Below, one piece after another: positions 17,973 to 29,717 of a stretch of 64,000 nucleotides of DNA. The stretch is from contig JBFWWG010000011.1 in the NCBI GenBank assembly GCA_050246315.1, positions 1-64,000 on the forward strand. Direction: 5' to 3'. The DNA comes from Nitrospiraceae bacterium. Lineage in GTDB: Bacteria; Nitrospirota; Nitrospiria; Nitrospirales; Nitrospiraceae. The first letter of the stretch is position 1. Each line of letters starts with the position of its first letter. Below the pieces are notes generated by a model. It saw only the letters and a program-made list of their open reading frames with translations. It was not told the DNA's origin and did not search any database. Both the position numbers and the translations under genes were made by a program.

Positions 17973-18452
17973 ATGGACAGCGCCCAGGTTGCCCAGCGCG
18001 TGCAGGAAGTCGCCGCGCCGATCCTGTGGGCTATGGGACTCGAACTCATCGACGTGAATTGTTCGGGGCAGGGGCAGCGGACCATCGTGCGAGTGTACAT
18101 TGATAAACCGGGAGGGGTGAGCCTCCGCGACTGCGAACAAGCGCATCATTCGCTCGGACCCGCCCTGGATGTGGCGGATCCCATTCCTCACTCCTATACC
18201 CTCGAAGTCTCCTCGCCGGGGTTGGATCGCCCGCTCAAAACGCTCGCAGACTATCAGCGCGTCGTCGGGAGGTTGGTGAACCTCAAGCTGGCGCAGGCCC
18301 GAGAGGGGCAGTGGCGGGTAGTCGGCCGGTTGACCGCCGTGGACGAGCAGGGGCTGACTCTGGCGGCGCGAGAGGGGAAAATTGACCGGTCAATTCGATT
18401 GGGCTGGGATGCAATCTCGGGCGGGCGCTTGGAGGTGGAATTTTCCAAGTGA
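17973..18452 (+). CDS. rimP: Ribosome maturation factor RimP
   Basis: YTLEVSSPGLDRPL motif; upstream of nusA. Confidence 0.95.
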   Translation: MDSAQVAQRVQEVAAPILWAMGLELIDVNCSGQGQRTIVRVYIDKPGGVSLRDCEQAHHSLGPALDVADPIPHSYTLEVSSPGLDRPLKTLADYQRVVGRLVNLKLAQAREGQWRVVGRLTAVDEQGLTLAAREGKIDRSIRLGWDAISGGRLEVEFSK

Positions 18453-18506
18453 GGGGCCGCGCCGTGCGGGCCGTGAGAACTCCCGGGAAGAGAAGGGTGG
18501 GCACCT

Positions 18507-19673
18507 ATGAATAAAGAATTGATCGCGGTCATCGACGAGATCGGTCGCCAAAAAGGGATCGACAAAGGGCGGGTGTTGAACGCCGTGGAGTCCGCGCTCC
18601 AGACTGCGGCGAAGAAGCGGTTCGGCCAAGGCGAGAACATCCACGTGGAGATCGACCCGAAGACCGGCGCAATTTCCGTGGTCTCGGTCAAGACGATCGT
18701 GGAGACCGTGACCAACCCGAAGGCCGAAATCTCGCTCCAGGAAGCACGGAAAGTGGATGACGGAGCGGAGCTCGGCGATGAAATCGGATCCGTGATCGAG
18801 ATGGACGAGTTGGGCCGGATTGCTGCGCAAACGGCTAAGCAGGTGATCTTTCAGAAGGTGCGCGAAGCCGAATGGGAAGTGGTGCAGCGGGAATACTCCA
18901 CGAGGCAAGGAGACCTCGTGAATGGGGTTATTATCGGGATGGAGCGGAAAAACTATATCGTCGATCTTGGAAAGACGGAGGCTGTCCTGCCCATTCAGGA
19001 GCAGATTCCCCGGGAAACCTATCGGCGTGGTGACCGGATCAAGGCCATGTTGTTGGAGGTCCGCCGCACGCCGAAGGATGTGCAGGTGATCCTGACGCGG
19101 ACCCATCCGCAGTTTGTGTCCAAGCTGTTTGAGCTGGAAGTGCCGGAGGTGACGGAGAAGATCGTCGAGATTAAGGGAATCGTCCGAGAACCCGGTGATC
19201 GCACCAAGATCGCCGTCTCGTCCCGAGACAAGGCGGTCGATCCGGTGGGAGCCTGCGTCGGGATTAAGGGCTCTCGCGTCCAAGCGGTGGTCCGCGAACT
19301 CCGAGGGGAAAAGATCGATATCGTGGCATGGACGACCGATCCCAGGGTCTTTATCGCCGAGGCGCTGAACCCGGCCACGATCGAAAAGGTCGGCATCGAC
19401 GAAGAGAAAAAATCCGCGCTGGTCGTCGTGGCCGACTCGCAGCTCTCCCTGGCGATCGGCAAGAACGGACAGAACGTGCGGCTTGCGGCCAAACTGACGG
19501 GATGGAAGATCGACATCATCAGCGGAACCGAATACGAGAAGAAGAAGGTCGAACGGGATAGAGAGATCCGGGCGGCGCTGGCGGAGGAAGCGGCCGATCA
19601 GCGCGAGCAGGAGGAGGCGCGCGCCCAACGGGAGGCGGCCGATGCGGCCGCGAAGGCCGAGGTTGCGGAATAG
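18507..19673 (+). CDS. nusA: Transcription factor NusA
   Basis: GRIAAQTAKQVI, REPGDRTKIAV, AIGKNGQNVRLA. Confidence 0.97.
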   Translation: MNKELIAVIDEIGRQKGIDKGRVLNAVESALQTAAKKRFGQGENIHVEIDPKTGAISVVSVKTIVETVTNPKAEISLQEARKVDDGAELGDEIGSVIEMDELGRIAAQTAKQVIFQKVREAEWEVVQREYSTRQGDLVNGVIIGMERKNYIVDLGKTEAVLPIQEQIPRETYRRGDRIKAMLLEVRRTPKDVQVILTRTHPQFVSKLFELEVPEVTEKIVEIKGIVREPGDRTKIAVSSRDKAVDPVGACVGIKGSRVQAVVRELRGEKIDIVAWTTDPRVFIAEALNPATIEKVGIDEEKKSALVVVADSQLSLAIGKNGQNVRLAAKLTGWKIDIISGTEYEKKKVERDREIRAALAEEAADQREQEEARAQREAADAAAKAEVAE

Positions 19674-19752
19674 CGGGCTTGATGTCTCCGGCTCGGGCGG
19701 AAGGGGAATTCCGACCGAATGTTGGGACGATCGGTAAAGGAGCGGACGCTGC

Positions 19753-22356
19753 ATGCGCGTCTATGAAGTGGCCAAGAAGGTGGGCATGGAGAGCAAGGAG
19801 CTCATGGCGGAGCTCAAGCGGATGGGTGTGCCGGTCGCGTCGCACAGTAGCGCCCTGGAGGCGGATGTGGTCGCGCGGCTGCTTTCCAAGTTGACCCCCC
19901 AGCAAGGTCAGGGAGGACCCAGTGGCGACGAGAAAGGTGGAGCGCGCGCTGGACGCGGAGGGGAAGGATTTCGACAGGAAGCCGATGGTGGAGGCGGACA
20001 CGTGAAATCAATAGGAGCGAAGGCAGGGGCTGCCAGTGTCGAGGAGCCGCCGAAACCGGACAAGCGCCGCATCCTCATTAAGAAGAAAAAGACGGAGGAG
20101 GAGATCGAGGCGGCTGCGACTGCGACAGTGGAATCCGGAGTCATGCCTGTCCCGCCTCCCGATCTGATCCCTCCAGGCCCAGGGTTGCCGACCGCCGAGC
20201 CACCGGCACCGGCCCCGTCGTTGGAGGCGAAGCCGGACATCGCCGTCTCGCCTCCATCGGGAATGCTGTCCCCTGCGCCGGCGGGCTCACCGATGCCGAC
20301 CGCTCCCATTGAAGCAAAATTGTCTGTGAGCGTCACGCCGGTGCTTGATGCGGCGTCCGAGGCCGCTCTTGCCAAGAAGAAGGCCGAAGCGCTGTTTGAG
20401 GGAGGCGAAGCCAAGGGGGCGCGTGAGAAAGCAAAGAAGGTCCGCAAGCCGGGGCGCGAGCGGGACGAAGAAGAAGCCCGAGCCAAGGAGGATGCGGCCC
20501 GGTGGGATGATCTGCGGGCGATTTCCGTCCACCGACGGGATGACCGCGTGCGCCATGCTGGCACGACACCGGTCACAGAAATCACCAAGCCGAGAAAGAA
20601 GGGCATCAAGTTGACCGCGGGCATGACGGTCAAGGAGTTTGCGGAAGCCGTGGGCCAACGCCCGGCCGACATCATGAAGAAATTGATGGAAAGCGGGCAG
20701 ATGTTGACGCTCAATCAGAGCATGAATCTAGAGCTTGCCGGCTTGATCGCCGAAGAGCTCGGCGTTAAGGTCGAAGTGACGGCGCCCAAGGCCGGGGAGG
20801 AGTTACTGGAAGAGGCCGTGACTTGGAAGGGTGAGGAGAAACCCGAGCCGAGACCGCCGGTTGTAACCATCATGGGTCATGTGGACCATGGGAAGACGTC
20901 TCTGTTGGACGCGATTCGTCAGACCAAGGTTGCGGAGCAGGAAGCGGGAGGCATCACCCAGCACATCGGGGCCTATTCCATCGAACTGCATGGCAAGCGC
21001 ATCACCTTCTTGGATACCCCCGGTCACGAAGCCTTCACGGCCATGCGCGCGAGGGGTGCCAAGGTCACGGACATCGTGATCCTGGTGGTGGCGGCGGACG
21101 ACGGGGTGATGCCGCAAACGATGGAAGCGATCAATCATGCCACGGCGGCCAACGTGCCGATCGTCGTCGCGATCAACAAGATCGACAAGCCCGAAGCCAA
21201 TGTAGAGCGGGTCAAGCATGCGCTGGCTGAGCATAACCTGATTTCGGAGGCCTGGGGAGGCCAGACGATCATGGTGGAGGTGTCCGCCAAGAAGCGACAA
21301 AACCTGGACCTGTTGCTTGAAATGGTTTTGCTCCAGGCTGATGTGCTGGAGTTGCGCGCCGATCCGAACAAGCCGGCGAAGGGGACGGTGATCGAGGCGA
21401 AACTGGACCGGGGCCGTGGCCCGGTCGCAACCGTGCTGGTTCAAGAGGGCACGCTCAAGGTCGGAGACACCTATGTGGTGGGGACCTACAGCGGAAGAGT
21501 TCGCGCGCTGATTCCCGCAGCCGGCGGTAAGCTGACCGAGGCCGGTCCATCGATGGCTGTCGGGGTCGTCGGGTTGACGGGCGTACCGTCGGCCGGGGAC
21601 ACGTTCATGGTGGTGAAGGATGAGCGGATGGCCCGTGAGATCGCCGAGTCGCGCGCGCAAAAACAACGGGCCGCGGATCTCGCCGGTCCGGCCAAGGTCA
21701 GCCTGGACGATCTCTACGCGCGGATCAAACAGGGCGACATCAAGGAGTTGGCACTGGTCATTAAGGCGGATGTCCAGGGGTCGTCGGAAGCCTTGGCGGT
21801 CGCGATCGACAAGTTGCCGTCGGAGGTCGTGAAGCTTCGTATCATCCACAACGGGGTCGGCGGCATTACCGAGACCGACGTGTTGCTTGCCGCAGCCTCG
21901 GGCGCCATTGTCATCGGCTTCAATGTCCGGCCCGAATCCAAGGCCGCGGCGCTGGCCGAGTCGGAGCGGGTCGATCTCCGGTTGTACAGCGTGATCTATG
22001 ACGCCATTGCCGACATTAAGGCTGCGATGGAGGGTCTGCTCGAACCGACGTTCAAGGAACGGGTGCTGGGCCGTGCCGAAGTCCGTCAGGTGTTCAACGT
22101 GTCCAAAGCGGGGATTATCGCAGGCTGTTACGTGCTGGAAGGCAGCATGACCCGTACGAGCAGCGGGGTGCGCGTGGTCCGCGATCATGTGCCGGTCTAT
22201 CAAGGCAAGCTGGGGTCGCTCCGTCGGTTCAAAGACGACGTGCGCGAAGTCCAGCAGGGATACGAGTGCGGCATCGGGGTGGAAAATTTCAGCGATATTA
22301 AGGCCGGGGACATCATTGAAAATTTCGTGCTCGATCGAATTGCCGCGAAGCTGTGA
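19753..22356 (+). CDS. infB: Translation initiation factor IF-2
   Basis: [20 protein letters not shown]. Confidence 0.98.
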   Translation: MRVYEVAKKVGMESKELMAELKRMGVPVASHSSALEADVVARLLSKLTPQQGQGGPSGDEKGGARAGRGGEGFRQEADGGGGHVKSIGAKAGAASVEEPPKPDKRRILIKKKKTEEEIEAAATATVESGVMPVPPPDLIPPGPGLPTAEPPAPAPSLEAKPDIAVSPPSGMLSPAPAGSPMPTAPIEAKLSVSVTPVLDAASEAALAKKKAEALFEGGEAKGAREKAKKVRKPGRERDEEEARAKEDAARWDDLRAISVHRRDDRVRHAGTTPVTEITKPRKKGIKLTAGMTVKEFAEAVGQRPADIMKKLMESGQMLTLNQSMNLELAGLIAEELGVKVEVTAPKAGEELLEEAVTWKGEEKPEPRPPVVTIMGHVDHGKTSLLDAIRQTKVAEQEAGGITQHIGAYSIELHGKRITFLDTPGHEAFTAMRARGAKVTDIVILVVAADDGVMPQTMEAINHATAANVPIVVAINKIDKPEANVERVKHALAEHNLISEAWGGQTIMVEVSAKKRQNLDLLLEMVLLQADVLELRADPNKPAKGTVIEAKLDRGRGPVATVLVQEGTLKVGDTYVVGTYSGRVRALIPAAGGKLTEAGPSMAVGVVGLTGVPSAGDTFMVVKDERMAREIAESRAQKQRAADLAGPAKVSLDDLYARIKQGDIKELALVIKADVQGSSEALAVAIDKLPSEVVKLRIIHNGVGGITETDVLLAAASGAIVIGFNVRPESKAAALAESERVDLRLYSVIYDAIADIKAAMEGLLEPTFKERVLGRAEVRQVFNVSKAGIIAGCYVLEGSMTRTSSGVRVVRDHVPVYQGKLGSLRRFKDDVREVQQGYECGIGVENFSDIKAGDIIENFVLDRIAAKL

Positions 22357-22390
22357 CCAAAGGAGTGCGGCGTTGGGCGAATGCGCGGCG

Positions 22391-22666
22391 ATGTTGGGGC
22401 TCTGTACGGTGGAGCTGTATTTTCCCAATGGGCATTCGCTGAAGGAGAAGCGACAGATTCTGCACAGTCTCAAGGACCGGCTTCGGAAACTGAACGTATC
22501 GGTGGCCGAAGTCGGCGAGCAGGACCTGTGGCAAAAGGCGCTCCTAGGGATCGCCTGTGTCTCCAATGAACGTGCGCACGTGACCAGCGTGCTGGATCAG
22601 GCGCTGAATATGATTCGCGGGGTGCCGACATTGGAAGTCCTGCAATCGCGGATCGAGCTGCTCTGA
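22391..22666 (+). CDS. DUF503 (YlxP) protein
   Basis: HSLKEKRQIL...NVSVAEV; located between infB and rbfA. Confidence 0.88.
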   Translation: MLGLCTVELYFPNGHSLKEKRQILHSLKDRLRKLNVSVAEVGEQDLWQKALLGIACVSNERAHVTSVLDQALNMIRGVPTLEVLQSRIELL

Positions 22667-22729
22667 CGGATCACTGTGAAGCCTCAATGGGTGCGATGAG
22701 GACCCTCAGCCGATCGTCTGCCCAACCAT

Positions 22730-23188
22730 ATGAAGCCAGTCACCAAACGGGCCACGCGTGTGGCGGACCAGATTCGAATGGAAGTTGCGGACATCTTGAT
22801 GCGAAAGGTGCGGGACCCGCGGCTCCGGGCGGTCACGGTGACGGAGGTGTCCGTCACGAATGACCTCAGACTTGCAAGGGTCTATTTCACCGCAGGATTG
22901 GACGGTGCGTCGGATCGAGACCTTGCCGCTGGGCTTGCCAAGGCCGCGGGTTTCATTCGGTCCGAGTTGGGTCAACGACTGGAACTGCGATACACACCCG
23001 AACTGGTCTTCTTCAAAGACATCAGCGGCCCCCGTGGCGATCGCGTGCTGGCCTTGTTGGACGACGTGCGAGCAGGCCGGGATGACTTCCCAACTTCCAC
23101 GGACGAGTCGAGCGAATCGAGCAGGCCAGAAGCGGCGGCAGAGGCATGGGAGGATGCGGAAAACAAGGGGGCGCGTCATGCCCGTTGA
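22730..23188 (+). CDS. rbfA: Ribosome-binding factor A
   Basis: VRDPRL..VTVTEV.VTNDL, LRYTPELVF. Confidence 0.95.
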   Translation: MKPVTKRATRVADQIRMEVADILMRKVRDPRLRAVTVTEVSVTNDLRLARVYFTAGLDGASDRDLAAGLAKAAGFIRSELGQRLELRYTPELVFFKDISGPRGDRVLALLDDVRAGRDDFPTSTDESSESSRPEAAAEAWEDAENKGARHAR

Positions 23189-24155
23189 GGAGTGCAGAGC
23201 GGCCGACACGACGCTTATGGACGGGGTGCTGGCGGTCAATAAACCGGCCGGCTGGTCCTCGCATGATGTGGTGGCCAAGCTGCGTCCCTTGTTTCGCGGT
23301 CTCAAGGTCGGGCATGCGGGCACCCTCGATCCAGCCGCCACGGGGGTGCTACCGATCCTGATCGGGCAGGCCACTCGAGTAGCGGAGTTCCTCGTCGAGT
23401 GGGACAAAGAATATGAAACGGTCCTTCGACTCGGTCAGGTGACAGACACGCAGGATGGCACGGGAACCGTGCTGGAACGGCGTCCCGTGAATGGGATCAC
23501 GGTGGAACAGGTACGCGCGGAGGCGGCCCGATTTGTCGGCAGGACAATGCAGGTCCCGCCGATGTATTCCGCAGTCAAAATTGGAGGCGTGCCGCTCTAT
23601 CGCTCCGCACGGGCGGGCCGGACGGTCGAACGGGAACCTCGAGCCGTGACCATTCATCGATTGGACGTACTTGGTGTGGAGGGGACGGATATTCACCTGC
23701 GAGTGGGCTGTTCCAAAGGCACCTACATCCGGACGCTCTGCGCCGACCTCGGTCAGGCGTTGGGACCGGGGGGGCACGCGGCCTTGTTGGTGCGGACCAG
23801 GGTCGGCCCGTTGCATCTGGGGTTGGCCAGATCGGTCGAATCGATCGTCGAGGCACGGGACGCGGAGAAGGGGCCGGCGCTGTCATTGTCGTTGGACCAG
23901 GCGCTCAGCCTATTCCCGGCCGGAACTGTCGATGAGGAGACCGCGCGGCGGGTGCGGCATGGGATGCCGGTGCCCTTGCGGCAGGTCACCTGGACGCCGG
24001 AGGCAACGGTCTCTCGCGGTAAGACGGAACGAATAGTTCGGATTCACGATCCGCAGTCGCAACTCCTGGGGTTGGGGATCGCTTCGGCGCTCGATGACCC
24101 GAACGGGGTCATTCGAATGCGAAAGGTCTTTGTGTCCAGCCGGAGCGATTCATGA
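23178..24155 (+). CDS. truB: tRNA pseudouridine(55) synthase
   Basis: [24 protein letters not shown]. Confidence 0.95.
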   Translation: MPVEECRAADTTLMDGVLAVNKPAGWSSHDVVAKLRPLFRGLKVGHAGTLDPAATGVLPILIGQATRVAEFLVEWDKEYETVLRLGQVTDTQDGTGTVLERRPVNGITVEQVRAEAARFVGRTMQVPPMYSAVKIGGVPLYRSARAGRTVEREPRAVTIHRLDVLGVEGTDIHLRVGCSKGTYIRTLCADLGQALGPGGHAALLVRTRVGPLHLGLARSVESIVEARDAEKGPALSLSLDQALSLFPAGTVDEETARRVRHGMPVPLRQVTWTPEATVSRGKTERIVRIHDPQSQLLGLGIASALDDPNGVIRMRKVFVSSRSDS

Positions 24156-24180
24156 ACGGGAGAAAAGGGGAGGAAAAGTC

Positions 24181-24450
24181 ATGGCGTTAGCGAAGGAAGC
24201 CAAGAGCGCATTGATCGGCCAATATCGGCGGGGTGACGATGACACGGGATCGCCCGAAGTCCAGATCGCGATCCTGACCAACCGGATTGCCTATCTGACC
24301 GAGCATTTCAAACTCCACAAGAAGGATCACCATTCACGCCGGGGGTTGTTGCAGATGGTCGGCCGGCGTCGCCGGTTGTTGGACTATCTGCGCCGGGTTG
24401 ACGGAGCCCGCTATCGGGCGGTCTGCGATCGTCTCGGTCTCCGCAAGTAG
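24181..24450 (+). CDS. rpsO: 30S ribosomal protein S15
   Basis: [21 protein letters not shown]. Confidence 0.97.
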   Translation: MALAKEAKSALIGQYRRGDDDTGSPEVQIAILTNRIAYLTEHFKLHKKDHHSRRGLLQMVGRRRRLLDYLRRVDGARYRAVCDRLGLRK

Positions 24451-24499
24451 CAGTACACTCGGCGCCTTGACGCCATGTCGCTCGGGCGCCGTCACTATG

Positions 24500-24595
24500 C
24501 TGCCCACAGGTGAACACGGACATAGACTCACCGGGCCCGTCGGCCTTCGACAGAAAGGCGGGGAGAGTCTATCTCTGTGGGCATCTGTAGGGCAG
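24500..24595 (+). promoter_or_regulatory. Long stem-loop in the pnp leader (probable RNase III site)
   Basis: Nested pairings CTGCCC/GGGCAG, ACAGGTG/CATCTGT, CACGGA/TCTGTG, ATAGACTC/GAGTCTAT. Confidence 0.65.
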
Positions 24596-24611
24596 GAAAG
24601 GAGCACCTACA

Positions 24612-26723
24612 ATGGTCCATACAGTTGACGTAGCGGTTGCGGGAAAGCGACTTCGGTTGGAAACAGGTCGCATGGCCAAACAAGCGGACGGCGCGGTCGT
24701 AGCGAGCTACGGAGACAGCGTCATCCTGGCCACGGCTGTCGCGGCGCAGACGGTCAAGCCGGGGGTGAGCTTTCTCCCGCTGACCGTCGATTATCAAGAA
24801 CGCGCCTATGCCGCAGGCAAGATTCCAGGCGGATATTTCAAGCGCGAAGGAAGGCCTTCCGAAAAGGAAGTGCTGACCAGCCGTCTCATTGATCGACCCA
24901 TCCGGCCTCTGTTCCCGGAAGGCTATTATTACGAAACGCAGGTGATCGCGTCGGTGTTGTCCGCGGACAAGACCGGCACGACCGATATCGTCTCGATCAT
25001 CGCGGCGTCCGCCGCGCTGGCGGTGTCGTCTATTCCGTTCGAGAAGCCCGTGGCCGGAGTGAAGATCGGGCGACTCAACGGGCAGTTCATCGTGAATCCG
25101 GATCTCGAGACGCTGGACAACGGCGATTTGAATCTGGTGGTTGCGGGTACCGAGGACGCGGTGATGATGGTCGAGGCTGGTGCCAATGAATTGCCGGAGT
25201 CCGTCATGCTCGATGCGATCGAGCTGGCGCATGCCGAAATTAAGAAGATCGTCGCCGCGATCCATGCCTTGCGGCGGGAGGCGGGCAAGCCGAAGCGAAC
25301 CGTCGAGGTGGAGACCGTCGATCCGGCGCTGATCGAGCAGGTGCGCGCACTTGTCATCGGGCCGATGCGGGAGGCGATTTTGATTCCGGACAAACTGGCT
25401 CGCCAGGAACGGCTCGATGAAATTTGCGACGCGGCCGCGGAGCGGTTGAAATCCGAGGACGATCCCAAGCGCGAGCACTTTGTGCATCTGGCGTTCGAAC
25501 AAATTGAATACCACGAGGTGCGGCACAGCATTCTGGAGCGAGGGGTGCGGGCTGACGGGCGAGGGACCACCGACATCCGTCCCATCACCTGCGAAGTGGG
25601 CATCCTCCCTCGGACGCACGGCTCGGCGCTCTTTACCCGAGGCGAGACGCAGAGTCTCGCGGTGGCGACGTTGGGCACGACCGAGGACGAACAACGGATT
25701 GATGCCTTGGAAGGCGAATACAGCCGGGCCTTCATGCTCCACTACAATTTTCCTCCGTTCAGCGTGGGCGAGGCGAAACCGTTGCGCTCGCCGGGGCGAC
25801 GGGAAGTGGGGCACGGGGCGTTGGCCGAGCGGGCACTCAAGGCGGTGATTCCCGGGAAACAGGTGTTCCCCTACACGCTGCGTTTGGTGTCGGATGTGCT
25901 CGAATCCAACGGCTCGTCGTCCATGGCCTCCGTGTGCGGCGGGACCTTGGCGCTCATGGACGCCGGCGTACCGATCAAGGAGCCGGTTGCGGGCATTGCC
26001 ATGGGGTTGATCAAGGAAGGCGATCGGACCGTGGTGTTATCAGACATCCTGGGCCTCGAGGATCATTTAGGAGACATGGACTTCAAGGTGACCGGCACCA
26101 AGAACGGCGTGACGGCGCTTCAAATGGACATCAAGATTGGCGGGATCACGCCCGCCCTCATGCGGCAGGCGTTGGAGCAGGCTCGCGTGGGTCGGCTCCA
26201 TATCCTCGACAAGATGGTGAGCGCCTTGAGCGCGCCTCGAACGAATCTGTCGCCCTTCGCTCCGCGTATCTTCACGCTGAAGATCAAGCAGGACAAAATC
26301 CGGGATGTGATCGGTCCGGGCGGCAAGACCATCCGCTCGATCATCGCGGAGACCGGCGTCAAGATTAATGTCGAAGATTCGGGCGATGTGTCCGTCGCGT
26401 CGGCCGACGAATCGTCAGCGCAGAAAGCGATCGAGATGATCAATCGGCTGACGGCCGAGGTCGAAGTCGGCAAGGTCTATCTCGGCACGGTGCGCAAGAT
26501 CATGGACTTCGGCGCATTCGTGGAAGTGTTGCCGGGGACGGATGGTCTCGTGCACATCTCCCAACTCGCGCATCACCGGGTGAAATCCGTGTCGGACGAG
26601 GTCAAGGAGGGAGAACAGGTTTTGGTCAAGGTGCTTGAGATTGATAAGCAAGGGAAGATCAGGTTGAGTCGAAAGGAAGCCATGGCCGCCCCCTCCGGGT
26701 CGCCTGCGGGAAGCTCGGTCTGA
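24612..26723 (+). CDS. pnp: Polyribonucleotide nucleotidyltransferase
   Basis: [25 protein letters not shown] and S1 domains. Confidence 0.98.
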   Translation: MVHTVDVAVAGKRLRLETGRMAKQADGAVVASYGDSVILATAVAAQTVKPGVSFLPLTVDYQERAYAAGKIPGGYFKREGRPSEKEVLTSRLIDRPIRPLFPEGYYYETQVIASVLSADKTGTTDIVSIIAASAALAVSSIPFEKPVAGVKIGRLNGQFIVNPDLETLDNGDLNLVVAGTEDAVMMVEAGANELPESVMLDAIELAHAEIKKIVAAIHALRREAGKPKRTVEVETVDPALIEQVRALVIGPMREAILIPDKLARQERLDEICDAAAERLKSEDDPKREHFVHLAFEQIEYHEVRHSILERGVRADGRGTTDIRPITCEVGILPRTHGSALFTRGETQSLAVATLGTTEDEQRIDALEGEYSRAFMLHYNFPPFSVGEAKPLRSPGRREVGHGALAERALKAVIPGKQVFPYTLRLVSDVLESNGSSSMASVCGGTLALMDAGVPIKEPVAGIAMGLIKEGDRTVVLSDILGLEDHLGDMDFKVTGTKNGVTALQMDIKIGGITPALMRQALEQARVGRLHILDKMVSALSAPRTNLSPFAPRIFTLKIKQDKIRDVIGPGGKTIRSIIAETGVKINVEDSGDVSVASADESSAQKAIEMINRLTAEVEVGKVYLGTVRKIMDFGAFVEVLPGTDGLVHISQLAHHRVKSVSDEVKEGEQVLVKVLEIDKQGKIRLSRKEAMAAPSGSPAGSSV

Positions 26724-26744
26724 GCAGCGTGCCGAGGGACCCTC

Positions 26745-27998
26745 ATGTATAAGAAGCTGGTGCTGGACAATGGGCTTCGCGTGGTCATGGAAGCCATCCC
26801 GACGCTTCGTTCCGTGACGTTGGGTATCTGGGTGAACGTCGGGTCACGCGACGAAGGACGAGGCGAAGAAGGCCTGTCGCACTTCCTCGAGCACATGTTC
26901 TTCAAGGGGACCCGAAGTCGGACGGCCAGCGACATCTCACACGAGATCGATGCGCTCGGCGGCGAGATGAATGCCTTCACGGGACGCGAAACGACCACGT
27001 TTTACGTCAAGGTCCTGGATCAGTACTTAGAGCAGGCACTGATCCTGTTGGCGGACCTGTTCCACGACTCGCAGTTCCCGCGCAGGGAATTGGAGAAAGA
27101 AAAGCAGGTGGTCTTGGAGGAGATCCGAACGGTTCAGGACGACCCGGAGGATCTCCTGCAAGATCTTCACACCGAGCAGGTGCTCAAGCACCATCCTCTG
27201 GGCCGACCGATCCTTGGTAAGCCCGAGACTATCGCCTCGTTACATCGTCGGGATTTGATGCAGTACGTCCGGACCCACTACGACCCGCGAGACACCATCG
27301 TGGCCATCGCCGGGAATTTTCGTGAACGTCCGCTCAGGCAGTTGCTCGCGCGGATGTTCGCCCCCTTCCGCGGGCAGTCGTCCCGGGCGAATGGACGTCG
27401 GCCGCCGAGCGTGACGGGCGGGGTACTGGTTCACAAGAAGCAGTTGGAGCAGGCGCATCTCTGCATCGGGTTGCGGGGTGTGGCGGCCGCCGATCCTGAT
27501 CGCTATGCGGCGCATGTTCTCAACACGATCTTGGGTGGGAGCGTGAGTTCTCGTCTCTTCCAGGCAGTGAGGGAAAAGCACGGCCTCGCCTATTCCATCT
27601 ATTCGTACCTCTCGAATTATTCCGACGCCGGCACGTTAACGATCTACGCGGGGACTCGCGCCTCCGAAGCGCCACGGGTGGTCGAGCTGATCTGCCGGGA
27701 GCTTCGACGCATCCAGCGTGACGGGATCGGGCGGCGGGAAGTGAATCTGGCCAAGAATCACCTCAAAGGGAGTCTGATGCTAGGGTTGGAGAGTTCGCAC
27801 GGTCGGATGAGCAAATTGGCGAAAGATGAGCTGTACCTCGGGCACTCCGTCTCGTTGAATGAAGTGGTGAGTCAGATCGATCGAGTTTCCGTACCTCACG
27901 TGCATGAACTCAGCCGGCGCCTCTTAGATGAGCAGGCACGGTCACTCACGGCTCTCGGCCTGGTTTCCGAACGGTCCCTGGTCTCCGCGCTCAGCTGA
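26745..27998 (+). CDS. M16 family zinc peptidase
   Basis: HFLEH inverted zinc motif; GGSVSSRLF. Confidence 0.92.
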   Translation: MYKKLVLDNGLRVVMEAIPTLRSVTLGIWVNVGSRDEGRGEEGLSHFLEHMFFKGTRSRTASDISHEIDALGGEMNAFTGRETTTFYVKVLDQYLEQALILLADLFHDSQFPRRELEKEKQVVLEEIRTVQDDPEDLLQDLHTEQVLKHHPLGRPILGKPETIASLHRRDLMQYVRTHYDPRDTIVAIAGNFRERPLRQLLARMFAPFRGQSSRANGRRPPSVTGGVLVHKKQLEQAHLCIGLRGVAAADPDRYAAHVLNTILGGSVSSRLFQAVREKHGLAYSIYSYLSNYSDAGTLTIYAGTRASEAPRVVELICRELRRIQRDGIGRREVNLAKNHLKGSLMLGLESSHGRMSKLAKDELYLGHSVSLNEVVSQIDRVSVPHVHELSRRLLDEQARSLTALGLVSERSLVSALS

Positions 27999-28122
27999 TT
28001 TCACAACAACTTCATCCACAAGCTGGTAGGGCCGCTTTCCCCTCTCAAATCAACGCAACCCATTGTTAAAGAAGGTTGTTTTTGGGAGTTCCCTCTCCTC
28101 AAAGTCTCGACGATATATTTCC

Positions 28123-28151
28123 TTGACTCCTCGGGGCGATTTTTATAGGAT
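28123..28151 (+). promoter_or_regulatory. sigma70-like promoter for the exported-protein pair
   Basis: TTGACT-17-TAGGAT in an AT-rich intergenic region. Confidence 0.55.
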
Positions 28152-28366
28152 TTCGCCACTTTTTACTGGGCGGTCTCTTTTAAGAACACTATATTCGCGA
28201 GTACGGCGGAGAATTCAGCAAGGCTGGACAAAAGAAAGGAGGTGGCTGCAAAGCTTCCTCGCCTGTGCTGTGGTATTCCGTGTGATGTCCTCATTGTCTT
28301 TTTTGCTAGTTGAGTTGAGTTGACGCGATTCTGGATGGATTTGATTTCCATTAAGGAGGTGCTTTG

Positions 28367-28882
28367 ATGAAGAGAGGAGTCGTCATAGCAGCGGTTGCGC
28401 TCGTCTCGGCTGTAGGACTGTTCAGCTCGGGAATGGTCCTCGCGGCTGATGATCCGGGGAAAGCGCCCTCAGGGCCGGCATCAAAGATCGCCGGCGGCAG
28501 CGCGATGAAGGGCGAGGTCGTTAAAACGCTCAAAGGCCGTGTGTGGTCACAGTGGGCCGACAATCCGGACGGAGAAGTCCTGTTCGGCATTCAGTATTGG
28601 AACGCCGGCGAGCCCGCGTCGGGAACCCCGTTCGGTCGGTCGTCAACCGATATGGACGTGAAGCCGCCGGACCCCCTGTTCTCCTGCTGCGCGTGGGGAT
28701 ACGTGGGAGGCAACGAGAAGAACAACCCCTATAGCGGTTGGTACCATGCCGCCCAGACCGTGCGCCTGAACGTCAAGGACAAATCGTTGATGGATCGGTT
28801 GATCAAGGCGTCGCAAGAACTGGTTGCGATGGAAGTGACCTTGGATGGGCGGACGATCACCGATTTCAAAGTAATCAAGTAG
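28367..28882 (+). CDS. Exported protein of unknown function A
   Basis: Strong RBS TAAGGAGG; Sec signal ending VLA; SCCAWG motif. Confidence 0.8.
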   Translation: MKRGVVIAAVALVSAVGLFSSGMVLAADDPGKAPSGPASKIAGGSAMKGEVVKTLKGRVWSQWADNPDGEVLFGIQYWNAGEPASGTPFGRSSTDMDVKPPDPLFSCCAWGYVGGNEKNNPYSGWYHAAQTVRLNVKDKSLMDRLIKASQELVAMEVTLDGRTITDFKVIK

Positions 28883-28934
28883 GACCTACTACCCACATTA
28901 TCATCTATTTGTTCGGATGAAGGAGGGTCTCATT

Positions 28935-29588
28935 ATGAAGCTTCATACCAAAGGGGTGGCCGTCATGGCCGCCGTGGCGTTGGTGGTCGGGGTTGCCTCC
29001 GCCGCATTCGCCATCGAATCGTTCCAGGAGCGATTTGAGTGGGGCGATCTGAGCAAGCCGACCACGCTGCAAGGTCGCGTGATCGTCCTCGACCCGTACG
29101 ATGAAGCGGTCTGGTTGAACATCGCGGTGTTCGGAGGGAACGCCGAAAGTGGATTGTGGTGGCAGAGGGTACATCCTGGCAAGAACCTCAAGTTCTATGC
29201 CGCCAATAAGGAAGTGTGGGAACAGATCAAGGGTATGGCCCGCCCGCATGCCGGCCCGGCAGCGGCCAAGGAAGTGCCGGAAGGGTCGAAGACAGTACTC
29301 GTGGAATTCGTGGTTCAGGAAACGGAGCAGAATCACCGCGTGATTTCTTCCATCAAGAAGCTCGACGAGACCGCCGGCGCGCCGGGCAAAACGAAGAGCA
29401 TTTCTTCTCTCCGGCTGAAGGAGTGCATGGGTAAGGATGAGACCGAGGCAGGTTGCGCCAAGGCGAAGCAGGCGTTGAATGTGGCGCCGAAGGTCGCTCC
29501 CCCGATGGAGTATGATGTGATGCTCCCGGGCGGCAAGACGGTGGGCGGGCTGACCCCGTGGTCGGCTGCGTACAACAGCGGTAACTGA
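28935..29588 (+). CDS. Exported protein of unknown function B
   Basis: RBS AGGAGG; signal ending AFA; C-x9-C. Confidence 0.8.
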   Translation: MKLHTKGVAVMAAVALVVGVASAAFAIESFQERFEWGDLSKPTTLQGRVIVLDPYDEAVWLNIAVFGGNAESGLWWQRVHPGKNLKFYAANKEVWEQIKGMARPHAGPAAAKEVPEGSKTVLVEFVVQETEQNHRVISSIKKLDETAGAPGKTKSISSLRLKECMGKDETEAGCAKAKQALNVAPKVAPPMEYDVMLPGGKTVGGLTPWSAAYNSGN

Positions 29589-29621
29589 TCAACGGTTAAC
29601 ATCGTTCGCATGGCAAGGTAC

Positions 29622-29652
29622 GAGGCGGTATCCCGATAAGGGGTACCGCCTC
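29622..29652 (+). terminator. Hairpin terminator
   Basis: GAGGCGGTATCCC-loop-GGGGTACCGCCTC between convergent genes. Confidence 0.65.
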
Positions 29653-29717
29653 TCGTGTTTCCAGGGGGAATGATACTGCTGCGTGGCAATCGGTTGGATT
29701 GAACAGAAGGTGCTTGT

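Noticed and set aside
20100..20340. Pro/Ala-rich stretch in IF-2
   Set aside because: Variable low-complexity N-terminal linkers are ordinary in IF-2.
20803..22566. Long antisense ORFs (also 18390-19754, 24528-25814, 42287-43699, 7084-8073)
   Set aside because: Shadow frames of well-supported GC-rich genes; no motifs or RBS.
28011..28020. DnaA-box-like TCATCCACA suggesting oriC
   Set aside because: Single mismatched box; no cluster and no dnaA/dnaN nearby.
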